Shown here in pieces: positions 51,875 to 62,693 of a stretch of DNA of 64,000 bases (position 1 is its first letter; every line of letters starts with the position of its first letter). The notes beneath the pieces were generated by a model. The model did not search any database. It saw only the letters and a program-made list of their open reading frames with translations, and was not told the DNA's origin. The stretch is from Camelus dromedarius (lineage: Eukaryota), in assembly GCF_036321535.1 (NCBI RefSeq), contig NC_087436.1, forward strand, positions 73,534,001-73,598,000, read 5' to 3'. The translations under genes and the position numbers were made by a program.

Positions 51875-53716
51875 ATACTTTGTAGTGTAGAGGGGATAGT
51901 CCCAAGAAATGTGGAAACCAAAGAAAATAAAACTTAACAGGACTTGGTAGTGACTGAATGTGGGTATAAGAGAACAGAGTCAAACATGATCCTTAGGTCT
52001 CTGCTTTGCACAACTGAATAGGTGATACTAAATTAGATAGAATGAGAGGGAGCTGATGTATCAGAGTGGATAATGGTGAGTTGAAACAATATTTTCAAAG
52101 TCATGAATTGACATTTTCTTTCAGGGTACAGTGAACCCCACACTTGCATTGTATTGAGCACCTTAAATCTTCTATTACATTCCTTCAAAATGTGTTTCTT
52201 GGTTTTCTTCTCTCATTTAATTCTTCGTTGTGATATATACCTTTATTGGAATGAAATCCTAGAAAGTGCTGCAGTATTTTCTATAAAATGAGATTATTGG
52301 CATTAAAATTCCAGTGTCATGAAAACAACACCTAGGTGGCATTCCATGAGGGGCAGGTTGCTACTCCTTCCCTGTACCCCCTCCACCCTCTGCCGATTGT
52401 GCGCAGCTTGAGACAGGTGTGGCAAGTAAGAGCATTCGGGTAGAGCCCTCTAAATGAGAGCTACCTATGTGTTCTTTTCTTCCCCACAGTCTACATTGTT
52501 GAGATTGAAATTCTAAGAAAGAATAAAAATATACTCGTGATATATTTAGCATTCAGTGTGAGATTTTCAGTTTATAAGCAGTTAGTAACTTAGAATCATC
52601 TCTGAATGATCCAAATTTGAATCATTACACTACATGTGGTTATTGGGATTTTTCAACTGTCTGAGTACAAATATGGAGTCATTTCCAGATGGTAAAATGT
52701 AGTATCTTTAGAGCAATGGGAAATAAATGCTTGGAATGTAACGGTATAGTCTACACTTGGAGCTGATAAATATGGCTGATTTGGAAGAAGAAAAGAGTGA
52801 TGTGACACAATTACTATAATGGCTCTTCTTTAGAAATGTTAATTTTAAATATTCTCACCATTTAGAGTGACATTTAGTAATAGGCAATAAGCATCAAGAG
52901 CTATAAAATGTTTCCGTAGACTTAGAATGACCTTTGAGGATCCATCCTAAGGAAATTCTCCAAAATTCAGGGAAACAGTTACATGGACTAAGAAATTTAC
53001 TGTAATGATACTTATCATTTATAAAAATGGAGAGCAGCCTCAGTATTACTTTTGAACATAAATTATATTGCATCTCCTGATTAATACGGGGAAATTATGA
53101 TTGAATAGTAAGCAAATTAAAAGTTGCAAAATGATATGTGGACTGATTAAAAACTTGGAGTGAAAGAAAATTAGAAGAAAATAAAGAAATAGATCAAATT
53201 CCAACTAGTTACATTAGGGTGGTAAGAGATGAAAGCTCTTCTATTCAGTCTTCTAAATGTTTTATGATTATATTTTAATGTTAAAAGATACAGGTATGTA
53301 TGTAAACATACATATACTAAGTTTCTTAAGTAATTTGGTATAAATTTCTTAAACAGTTTGATGGACCATAAAATGGAGTTTTTAAAATTGACCTCCCTCT
53401 GCGATGAAACCAGTAATTGCCATGAGAGTGTAGACTGTGCCGTATAACGAGGCCTTGAACTCTTACAGTTTTGCTGCCTGTTAATTGACCTTGGTCAATT
53501 AACCAAGCAGTAACACATTAGTACAAGCAGTAACACATTATAACCAAGCAGTAACCAAGCAGTAACACATTATAACCATTACTTATAGTAATGTGTTACT
53601 GCTTAATTATTGAGTGATTTTGGAAATGTATTTGGAAAATAATCTCTAATTTTTAACTTGTTCATCTTCTTAATGTTAATTAGTATGAATTTATTGAGTT
53701 ATGTTTTGTTTCACAG

Positions 53717-53855
53717 GATCTGCAACTTGAGGAATTAAAGCAGCAGATTTCTACGTTAAAATGTCAAAACGAACAGCTCCAGACAGCAGTCACACAGCAA
53801 GTATCTCAGATTCAGCAACACAAGGATCAATATAATCTTCTTAAAATACAGCTAG
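53717..53855 (+). CDS. USO1: USO1 exon 18 (DLQLEELKQQISTLKCQNEQLQ...YNLLKIQL)
   Basis: tcacag|GAT...CTA G|gtaagt; 139 nt; coiled coil. Confidence 0.97.
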
Positions 53856-53994
53856 GTAAGTGTAGCTGTCATGTCGCCAAGAGCTGGACAAAGTCAAACA
53901 GATTACTTTTGTGGACTAGTCTTTTTAACATTAACCACTGTAACATGTAAATCAGAGTTTGAAGTCCAAGCTCCTTGGCAATCAGTCTGATTCA

Positions 53995-54165
53995 TTGATT
54001 CTCAGTCTTAGCTACCTACACATTAAGGTCTCCCGAGGTTTTTATTTTTTTAAACCAATACTGAGACCCCACTGAAGTTCCGACTTACTTAGTTGGGGTT
54101 GGGTCCAGGCATCAGTGATTAGCACAAGCTCCCCAGTGATTCTAATGTATAGCCAATTGAGCATG
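53995..54165. mobile_element. MER5A-like hAT-Charlie element
   Basis: gggtccaggcatcagt...aagctccccagtgattctaatgt. Confidence 0.6.
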
Positions 54166-54448
54166 ATAGGTCTAACCTTTCCATTTTCTCATCTGCAAAA
54201 TGGAGCTGATAATAGCATCTGCGTCATTTGAGAATTAAATGAAATAATATATATAAAATTATACTTCAGTGCTCAGTGGTTGTAAATAGTCTTATTCTAT
54301 AGTGCTTGTGATTAGAATGCTAGCCACTTAGAAATACAATTTATTTTATTTATATGAAGGTGACTAAAATTTTCAGAAGAAAATATTTACTTCCTTTTTC
54401 ATAACAAGAATTTGTCAGTTATTTTAGTCCATATAAAAAGCTATTCCT

Positions 54449-54540
54449 TTCCTATATGACTGAAGTATTGTGCTGTACACTAGAAATTGACACAATGTTG
54501 TAAACTGACTATACTTCAATAAAAATACTTTTTTTAACTT
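54449..54540 (+). mobile_element. Very short 5'-truncated L1 3' end
   Basis: tgtacactagaaattgacacaatgttgtaaactgactatacttcaataaaa; TSD agctattcct at 54439-54448 and 54548-54557. Confidence 0.75.
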
Positions 54541-54885
54541 CAAAAACAGCTATTCCTATGTGAAGATTTTTTTAAAGGGACTTTATTTTCTCTTATATTA
54601 ATTGTCAGAATTGGAATCAAAACTACTGTAATTCTTAATCTTAGGTCACTAAACCACTCAGTTTAGTCTTAAGACTATGCGGTTTTTTCTTCCAGAAACC
54701 CTGAAAATATCAGTTCATTATTTTTACCAATACACTATTTTGCAAAGATGAAATGGACTTACAAAAGTGCTGCCAAAGTAATTATTAAGGAAATTATTTA
54801 TTTATTTTATACTTGAATCTTCAGTTCAAAAAATGAAAAACTTAAGTTTCATGCTGGCTTTTCAAATTTTATGCCTGTCTAATAG

Positions 54886-55049
54886 GAAAAGAAAATCAGC
54901 ATCAAGGTTCCCACAGTGACGGGGCTCAGATGAATGGCATTCAGCCAGAAGAAATTGGTAGACTGCGAGAAGAGATAGAAGAATTAAAAAGTAATCAGGA
55001 ACTTTTACAAAGCCAGCTGGCTGAAAAGGACTCTTTGATTGAAAACTTG
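54886..55049 (+). CDS. USO1: USO1 exon 19 (GKENQHQGSHSDGAQMNGIQPEE...AEKDSLIENL)
   Basis: aatag|GA AAA...TTG|gtaagt; 164 nt. Confidence 0.96.
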
Positions 55050-55618
55050 GTAAGTAAATATTTAAAATTTTTAAGCCAGAGGTCAAGAGTAATTCTCATT
55101 ATCCTGCTTGTTTATTTTTCTGGATCCCTTATACTAAAGTATCATATTAAGGTTTTAGAACATGAACTCTGATGTTAGACCGTCTAAAGCTTCAGTGCTT
55201 CCTAGCTAATTGAATTTGAGCAATTTAGTTAACTTCTTTAAACTTGTTTCCTGATCTGTAAAATGCTGGTGGTGCTATCTATTTCATTGCTGTGAGAATT
55301 AAATGAGATACTTTGTATAACGCTCTTAATACATGGAAATTGTTCAATAGAATACCTGCTTTTATGGTTTTTCATCACATGACCTCAGATAAGTTCTTAG
55401 ATTTAATAAATTACTTGGTATAAGTATAAATTTATTACCTATGGAAAAATTGTAGACAGTGTGTGCTATGTTGAAATTTTATGTTGGGTATAAAAAAAAT
55501 GCTGATGTCAAATTTTGGGGTGAACATTTAGCCCAGACATAGCTTATATGTGTACAGTTCTGGTTTTTTCCTACTTAAACTGAATTTATTTCTTAGTTTA
55601 TTTCTGTACTATTTGTAG

Positions 55619-55708
55619 AAATCTTCCCAACCATCACCTGGCACAAATGAACAGTCTTCAGCTACAGATTCGGCGAGAGAGTCTGAACAAATCGCAGAAT
55701 TAAAACAG
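55619..55708 (+). CDS. USO1: USO1 exon 20 (KSSQPSPGTNEQSSATDSARESEQIAELKQ)
   Basis: ttgtag|AAA...CAG|gtcatt; 90 nt. Confidence 0.95.
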
Positions 55709-58097
55709 GTCATTTTTCAGCTTGATCAGAGCTCTATTTTGTGATGTTTTAATTACAACAGCATAATAGCCCTGCAGTTCCATTAATCTGGAACTCCTTT
55801 GTCAGGTGTAAGCAAAATTTGATAGTGAAGACAGCCATTTGAAAATCCAGAAGCTGTTTAAATTATACAGTAATGGTATTTTGCTTTTTATTGTGTTTTT
55901 ATTTTCAGTGATGTTCTTTTTAACAGATCTCAGCATCTTACCCAGATTATTTGTAGATTATCAGTAAACTATCAAGGAAATTTTAAATACACTTATAAGC
56001 TACAAATATGAAGATATAAAATCTTATGCCTAATTTACATAACTGCTTGGTTAAATGTACTGGGCATTTAAATTATTCTATCCAGAAAATTTTGGTTTTT
56101 AGAATTGGAAAAGGGAAAGACTGAAAGTAAACTTGTATATATATCAATTAGATGACTAGCTAGAAAGTAAAGTAAACTATTTCTGCTGCTGTAGTAATTT
56201 GTATCATCTAGAAAAGCAAATTAAGCTTTTTCCTACTTGTTTAATTTGTAGTACTTATAAATTCCTTTAAAACTAGATTTTACAGATTTACTTTTATCTA
56301 TCCAGTGAGAAAATTAAATGTTTGTTCAGATTTGTAAACCTGTTTGTTTTTAGCCAGAAAAGAGAGAAAGGAGCTATAACAAGTAGAATTAAGTAGTGTG
56401 GTAATTGGGGAAAAAAACCTAGAAAAGTTTGAGATTGCTCATTAGTTTAAAAAAAAAAAAAAAGATTTGCTCATTAGTATATTATCCCTAAACAGGTTGG
56501 GTTGTTTTTGTTTTTTGTTTTCTTTTCAAATTTTCTTTCTTCTTTCCTTCTTTCTTTTTTCTTCCTTCCATTCTCCCCTCCTTCCTTTCTTATAAAAGGA
56601 ATTTTTTTTTTTTTTTTTAAGTAATGCCAAAGAAGGAGTGAGCAGCCTGGCCAACCTAGGACTAACTTCCTTCTCCCTCCTGTAGTTAGCTGGTCCTCAC
56701 CCGCTGACAGGGCTTATCTGAGCGGAGTGACTGGACATGGGAAGACAGAGTGTCTTTTTTGATAATGTCTGTGTACCCCAGAGTAGATTCTAATCAAACA
56801 TTTAAAAAAGTAATCATAATACGTCATTAACAATTTAGAACTTTCCGATGTGTCCACAATATTTTGTTCTTATGGGGTAGATTAATATGCTATTTTGGTT
56901 TTACTAAGTCTAGAACTGTATTAAAATTAAAGGAAATTAAGTTATTAATATATACCCTTAGTTTGTAAATCCCGAGTAAAAATTTTTACTCTGTTTCCCA
57001 ACGATATATTTTCAATGACAGTCTTGTTTTTTATCATGTATAATAAAATACTGTATAAAAAGAAAACCAAAATGGTACATAATTTCAATGCCTAACATAA
57101 CTCATTTTGATAACTGAAAAAGCAAAAACAGTCAAAAGAAAAAGCACATACATAGAAAGTTTTAAGAGAATAAAAGAGCTTTTTATATGACAGCATCTCG
57201 CTACTTACCCAGTATCTGCAGACACTGCCAAATTTCATGGGGGGAGAGTGCCCCTGGTTCAGAATTACTGTTATAATTGTTTATTTTCCTGTACTTGTGT
57301 TGAGGGGAGAGAGCAAGAAGTTTGGAAATTTTAACATTAATAATACATAAACTTTCAATTAATTCCCCCATCTTCACTATAGTATTACTACTTTCATCCA
57401 TGTTTGGTGGCCTCTAGGCTAAAAATGTCTTGTTTTGCCCTTTCCAAATAATATACCTCTAGTCTTTGGCAAGCAGAAAAGGAAAAGTTGCCAGATGTGT
57501 GAGATTGGGACAGGAATCTGATTGTCTTGTTCCTAAGCAGACTTTCAGCCAACCCTATTTTGACCCTGTTTTGACCAGTTTGCAGGCCTTTTGACAGTCA
57601 TGCACTGGAGGACAGGCAGCTGTGTACTTTCTAAAAGGACAGCTTAGGTTTCAGCTCGCCCAGGTGTGCAGAGTCAGTTACCACTGACATTTGCTTTCTG
57701 AAATTCCCCAAATTATTGCTCTTTTCTCTTATTCTTTGTCCTTGTGGGTTTCTCCCTCCTGCCTGCCCTTCTGTTCTTCCTCCTGCCTGCCACCCTCCCT
57801 CCTTCCCTTCTTCCTTTCTTTTTCCCTTCCTCCCTCCCTGTATGATTTTTCACTTGGGATCTCAGAAGGAAACAGAAGTATCCATGTTTAATGTTAAATG
57901 TACATGTTTAATTCTCCATCTTGAACCCAAAGTTTGAGAATAGTTCTTTCACTTAAATTTTAAAAATGGAAGTTGTGATTTTAGAGAGAAGGGCCAAGAA
58001 AGGAAATAATTTTTTTTTATTTCTTCCTATATATAGACATTTCATTGATAAAATTAATGCTGTTTAATGTTACAACTCAACTATTTTTGCTTCTTAG

Positions 58098-58196
58098 GAA
58101 CTGGCAACATTAAAGTCTCAGTTAAACTCCCAATCTGTGGAGATCACCAAACTACAGACTGAAAAGCAGGAGCTGTTACAGAAAACAGAAGCACTT
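58098..58196 (+). CDS. USO1: USO1 exon 21 (ELATLKSQLNSQSVEITKLQTEKQELLQKTEAL)
   Basis: tcttag|GAA...CTT|gtaagt; 99 nt. Confidence 0.96.
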
Positions 58197-58639
58197 GTAA
58201 GTTAATGATTTTGTTGTTCTGAAAAGTAGTAAACACAAGGTTGAGAGATTGTTTCTCAGCCACTATGGGAAAGAAGCAGATTTGTCAGATGGCACCTTCC
58301 TTTCATGTTATTCATTAGCCAGAGTTCCAGTCACATAGACTTCTTGGCCATGCGAGCAACTGTATTATCGTCAGACTCACCAGACCAGTTTAATCAGTTG
58401 CTTACGGTTCATTTTACTGGTATTGTATATTTCACCCCATCTCTGTCCCCTTCAGTTCAAGCTGGCAGGTTTTCTGCTGGTATAAAATTGTTAAAAACCT
58501 TGTCAGTGACCCATGTAGTTCACAGGGATCCAAGCCATTATGCAAGAAGGTCCTCTTGGATCCCTCCTGGGAACCGTGTCTCTATTCTACCTTCTGCTCA
58601 GGTGGTTGATTGGGTCCATGTGTCACACGAGTAACCTCT

Positions 58640-59256
58640 TCACAAATGGTTGTCCAGCCACACCCTTGATGTTTTACCAGAACATGCTTTGTCATTTATT
58701 GCAATAGAGATAGGCTGAGAGTTTTCTAAATCTTCAAGTTCTGATTCCCTTTTGCTTGACAATCCCTTCGTCAGTGTATCTCTCTCCTCTCACATTTTAC
58801 CATAAACAGCAAGGAGAATCCAGGCTGCACCTTTAATGTTTTGCTTAGAAATTTCCTCAGCTAAATAGTCCATCACTCACAAACCTGCTTTCCACAAAAC
58901 ACTAGAACACAATTCAGCGATGTTCTTTATAACAAGGATCACCTTTCCTCCACTTTCCAATAACATGTTCCATATTTCCATCTGAGACCTCACCAAAACC
59001 TCCTTTAACATCCATACTCCGAACAGCATTCTGCTAACGATGATACATATTTCCTCTAAGACCATAGAAGCTTTCTCTACAACTTTCCTCTTTTCTTACT
59101 AGAATTGCCTTTAATGTCCATGTTTCTACCAACAGTCTCTTCAAGGCAGTTTAGGCTTTGTCTAACATGAACCTCAAAATTCTTCTAGTCTCTACCAGTT
59201 CCAAAGCCGCTTCCATATTTTAAGGTATTTGTGACATCAGCACCCCACTTCCCAGT
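58640..59256 (-). mobile_element. MaLR internal (MLT1-int-like) fragment
   Basis: ends cagcaccccacttcccagta; minus ORF 58877..59065 has KNIAELCSSVLWKA, resembling the MaLR internal ORF. Confidence 0.65.
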
Positions 59257-59776
59257 ATTTTGTGGAAAAAAGGTAGGAGAAAGATGGAAAATTTTTTATT
59301 TAAGAGTACTTCCTGTTGTACTTAAGAAAATATTTGCATTTCGCCAGTTGATGGCATTCAACTGAATTTCCCCACCTGTCTCTCTGAGATGACAGTGTCG
59401 ACTTAACCTACAGGAATTTCATGAGGAAAAGGCTTTGAAAAAGTTTCTCTACTTATGAAATGCAATATTATAGCTATGTTAGAATTGTGTCATTGATAAT
59501 TTGCCTGGTCTGACCTTGAGGCTGCTTGACATAGCCTTCCTCATACTCTGTTGAAATCTGATGCCACACAACTCCTGACTCAGACTCCTGCTGCACTGTA
59601 GAGGCAACTCATCTTTCTAGGGAGAGCACTTTAGTGCATGTAAATACATAAAGAATTAGATTTTCTGTTATTGAAAATAAAATTCCAAAATAGCAGGAAA
59701 ATTAAATCATCTTTGGAATTTCATATTAAGATTATAACTTTGAAGAAACATTTTTTTTTCTGTTTTCTACTTTCAG

Positions 59777-59884
59777 ACACAGTCAGTTCCTGTACCAGGA
59801 GAGAGTGAAACTGTAGTAGCTACAAGAACTACTGATGTAGAAGGAAGACTTTCGGCATTATTACAAGAGACTAAAGAATTAAAG
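59777..59884 (+). CDS. USO1: USO1 exon 22 (TQSVPVPGESETVVATRTTDVEGRLSALLQETKELK)
   Basis: tttcag|ACA...AAG|gttggt; 108 nt. Confidence 0.95.
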
Positions 59885-60709
59885 GTTGGTTTTGGTGAAA
59901 CTTTTACTCATTACGTATTATATGAAGTGAATTCCAGGAAATTTGATTTTACTTCATTTAATTTCTCAGATTCTTAGATTTATGAGGAAAGTTAATGGGA
60001 TATAATTTTATCTCACAATATTTCCATTCCTATTTTGATGACTAAAAATGGCACAAATGAAGTTTTTTTAATGCCATTTTAAATAATGGTATCAAATATG
60101 TAAAATAAGAATGTATTTGAATGTACTTTGAAAGTAAAAACATAGTTTTTAGTAAAAGTAAAAAACAGTTAAGCTTTCTTACTAATTTCTAATCACAATA
60201 AGAAACAAGGAGTATAGGTTTGGCTAAAACACAGGCCACCTGTAGGTTTTCCATAGGCTAAGGAACATAGGCCCATTATGTCCTGCCAGCCTATTGTGTG
60301 ACAGAGAAACCAGAATAAATAAGAAGAAAGTAATGAGGTAACAAAATAAAAATACAAAGGAATTTTAAAATGGAAAAGGAAGATGTTTGTGATTGTACCT
60401 TTTGGTTTGTGGCCAGATTATTTTTAAGCCATGGATTTCATTTGAAGCTGTTTTTCTTTATCATTTAACTATGTATGAAGTTGGGATAAATTTTTTTTTT
60501 AAACTTGAGTTCTAATTCTGATGCTAACCAGGCTTCTTCTATAAAATGTTTTGTGTCTTTATTTATTCCTCTGATTATCTGAAATGGTATTATCTCTTAG
60601 GATTTTTTGAGGACTAGGTAATTAAAACTATTTTTTGGATGTTAAATTCTCTTTTTCACAATAACCATCTTTGATGTATAGCCTAACATAAATTCTCGTG
60701 TTACTGGAT

Positions 60710-60726
60710 GAGAGAGAGAAAGAGAG

Positions 60727-60760
<34 letters not shown>
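60710..60760. repeat. Compound (GA)n(TG)15 microsatellite
   Basis: gagagagagaaagagagagag followed by 15 TG units. Confidence 0.95.
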
Positions 60761-60765
<5 letters not shown>

Positions 60766-60909
60766 ATTTAAACCTTTTCCCCCAACCCCTAACCCCAAAC
60801 TCTTCAGATTGGACAAGTACAGTGATTTGTCATAGAAAGAATGCATTAAAACCCTAGAAGAATGAATACTAATTTTAGATTATAGTGATTTTCACCTTTC
60901 CTTTCCTAG

Positions 60910-61125
60910 AATGAAATTAAAGCTCTGTCTGAGGAAAGAACTGCTATTAAAGAGCAGCTGGATTCATCTAACAGTACCATTGCCATTTTACAAAATGAGA
61001 AAAACAAGCTCGAAGTGGACATTACAGATTCTAAAAAAGAACAAGATGATCTCTTGGTGCTGTTGGCTGATCAGGATCAGAAAATATTTTCATTAAAGAA
61101 TAAACTCAAGGAACTTGGTCATCCA
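60910..61125 (+). CDS. USO1: USO1 exon 23 (NEIKALSEERTAIKEQLDSS...KEQDDLLVLLADQDQKIFSLKNKLKELGHP)
   Basis: tcctag|AAT...CCA|gtaaga; 216 nt; conserved Uso1/p115 C-terminal EQDDLLVLL motif. Confidence 0.97.
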
Positions 61126-61673
61126 GTAAGATTACAGTGTTTCCACAAATAATTTATATTGTGTTTCTTTATGTTGTATTTTTAAATATTATACTGTGGC
61201 ATGGAAATGTTGTGGTGTATATTGATACTACAGGCATAGATCTGTGGGTTCGTGAACATGGTATCAGCATTGCTTTCATGGTATTCAGTGAATTAATTGA
61301 CTTAAGACGCAGATTAGGTGCAGTTTCCAGTATTTGTTAACTGTTCTCTTTTGGAATCTGAGCTTAGAAGGTGAATTGATTTGATTGCTCCTGTGGTAAC
61401 AAGGCTATCACCATCCAAATGTGCCATTCTCTTCTGCCGTGTTGGCTCAGGTTTGTGTAGAGAGGTATAGCCATCCATCAGCAAGTTAACCTATGTATCT
61501 CACCTCATATTAAAAATGACAGGGAGCCTTGAGCATTAAATCAAGGAAATCAGATGGCCTGTAATCTACTGTAATTACTGGAGTAAAGAATTTATCAACA
61601 AAGTATATAGCATTATGTGTTGAATGGGAAGTGAATAGATCTTCACAATGTTAAACGTGTATTTTCCCTTTAG

Positions 61674-61763
61674 GTTGAAGAAGAGGATGAACTTGAATCT
61701 GGAGATCAAGATGATGAGGATGATGAAGATGAAGATGATGGCAAGGAACAGGGTCATATCTAG
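61674..61763 (+). CDS. USO1: USO1 exon 24 coding part (acidic tail VEEEDELESGDQDDEDDEDEDDGKEQGHI*)
   Basis: tttag|GTT...ATC TAG; includes the CK2-type phospho-serine of ESGDQ (TCT 61698-61700). Confidence 0.97.
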   Translation, partial: VEEEDELESGDQDDEDDEDEDDGKEQGHI

Positions 61764-62687
61764 CTTTAAACTCTCCAGGGATGACAGAGATTATGTAATG
61801 ACTTTGAAGATAGAGTCTTAAGACAGTGCTTTGGTTTGCCTCCACAGAAAATAAAAGATTTAGAAACCAAGTGGAAAACATTCACTAATATGACTATTGA
61901 TGTATTTTTTAAATGATGCCACCCGTGTTGATAATCCTATTACTCTAACTTTATGTAGACACACATCTTTTATTGAAATTCATCTGAAATGTCCCAAAAT
62001 ATAATTTGCAAAGAGCTACAGACACCAAAAATACAACAATTCAAGGCATGTGGTGGCAGTGCTATTTGCCTTAGTTCATTGGTTTATATAAGTTGTGTAT
62101 TTGTCTGCAATGTTTACTTTTCAGAATTTGTTACTTTAAGTACTAACACATTTGATGTAATGTGTGTTGGAATCATTGTTTCTAAATTTGATATTAGAGT
62201 TCTTAGCCAATGATTTCCTTCTGAAGAAATGGATATACTTAAAGGCAAGGTAGCATGGTCTGGGGGATATTATGTCATCAGCCCTCCATCCAGCGTGACT
62301 CTTGAGATGAGCAGGATAGGACAGTTTAGAGTGAGTGCCTTGACACTTGAGATGGCTGCAACCTGTACCTCAGTGAAGAAGCAGAAGGATGCTGACCCAC
62401 AGTGAAGAGGAGGGCGTTCCCGAGAAACTTTTGTAGCAGTGTATTAGCATGTGTTTGGTTTGGTTTGATTTTAAGGTAAACATTGAAACAAATTACAAGT
62501 TAACAGCTCATACAAGTCAGATTTAGTATTATTGTTTGATTATTATAAAACATACTACGTTTCTAGTTTTAAAAGACTCAAACTATGGTTTATATAATTT
62601 ATTGGCATTTTTGCTGAAATAGATTTAAGTCAGAGAATAGATTTTTAAAAAGCAATGAAGCAATGTGTCAAAATTTAATGTTTTCAT

Positions 62688-62693
62688 AATAAA
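62688..62693 (+). terminator. Probable main polyadenylation signal of USO1
   Basis: AATAAA about 0.93 kb after the stop, with U-rich sequence up- and downstream; other AATAAA at 61850-61855 and 62875-62880. Confidence 0.65.

Noticed and set aside
61575..61881. Antisense ORFs over the last exon (hydrophobic and His-rich)
   Set aside because: Reverse-strand shadow of the GAT/GAA-rich acidic-tail codons.
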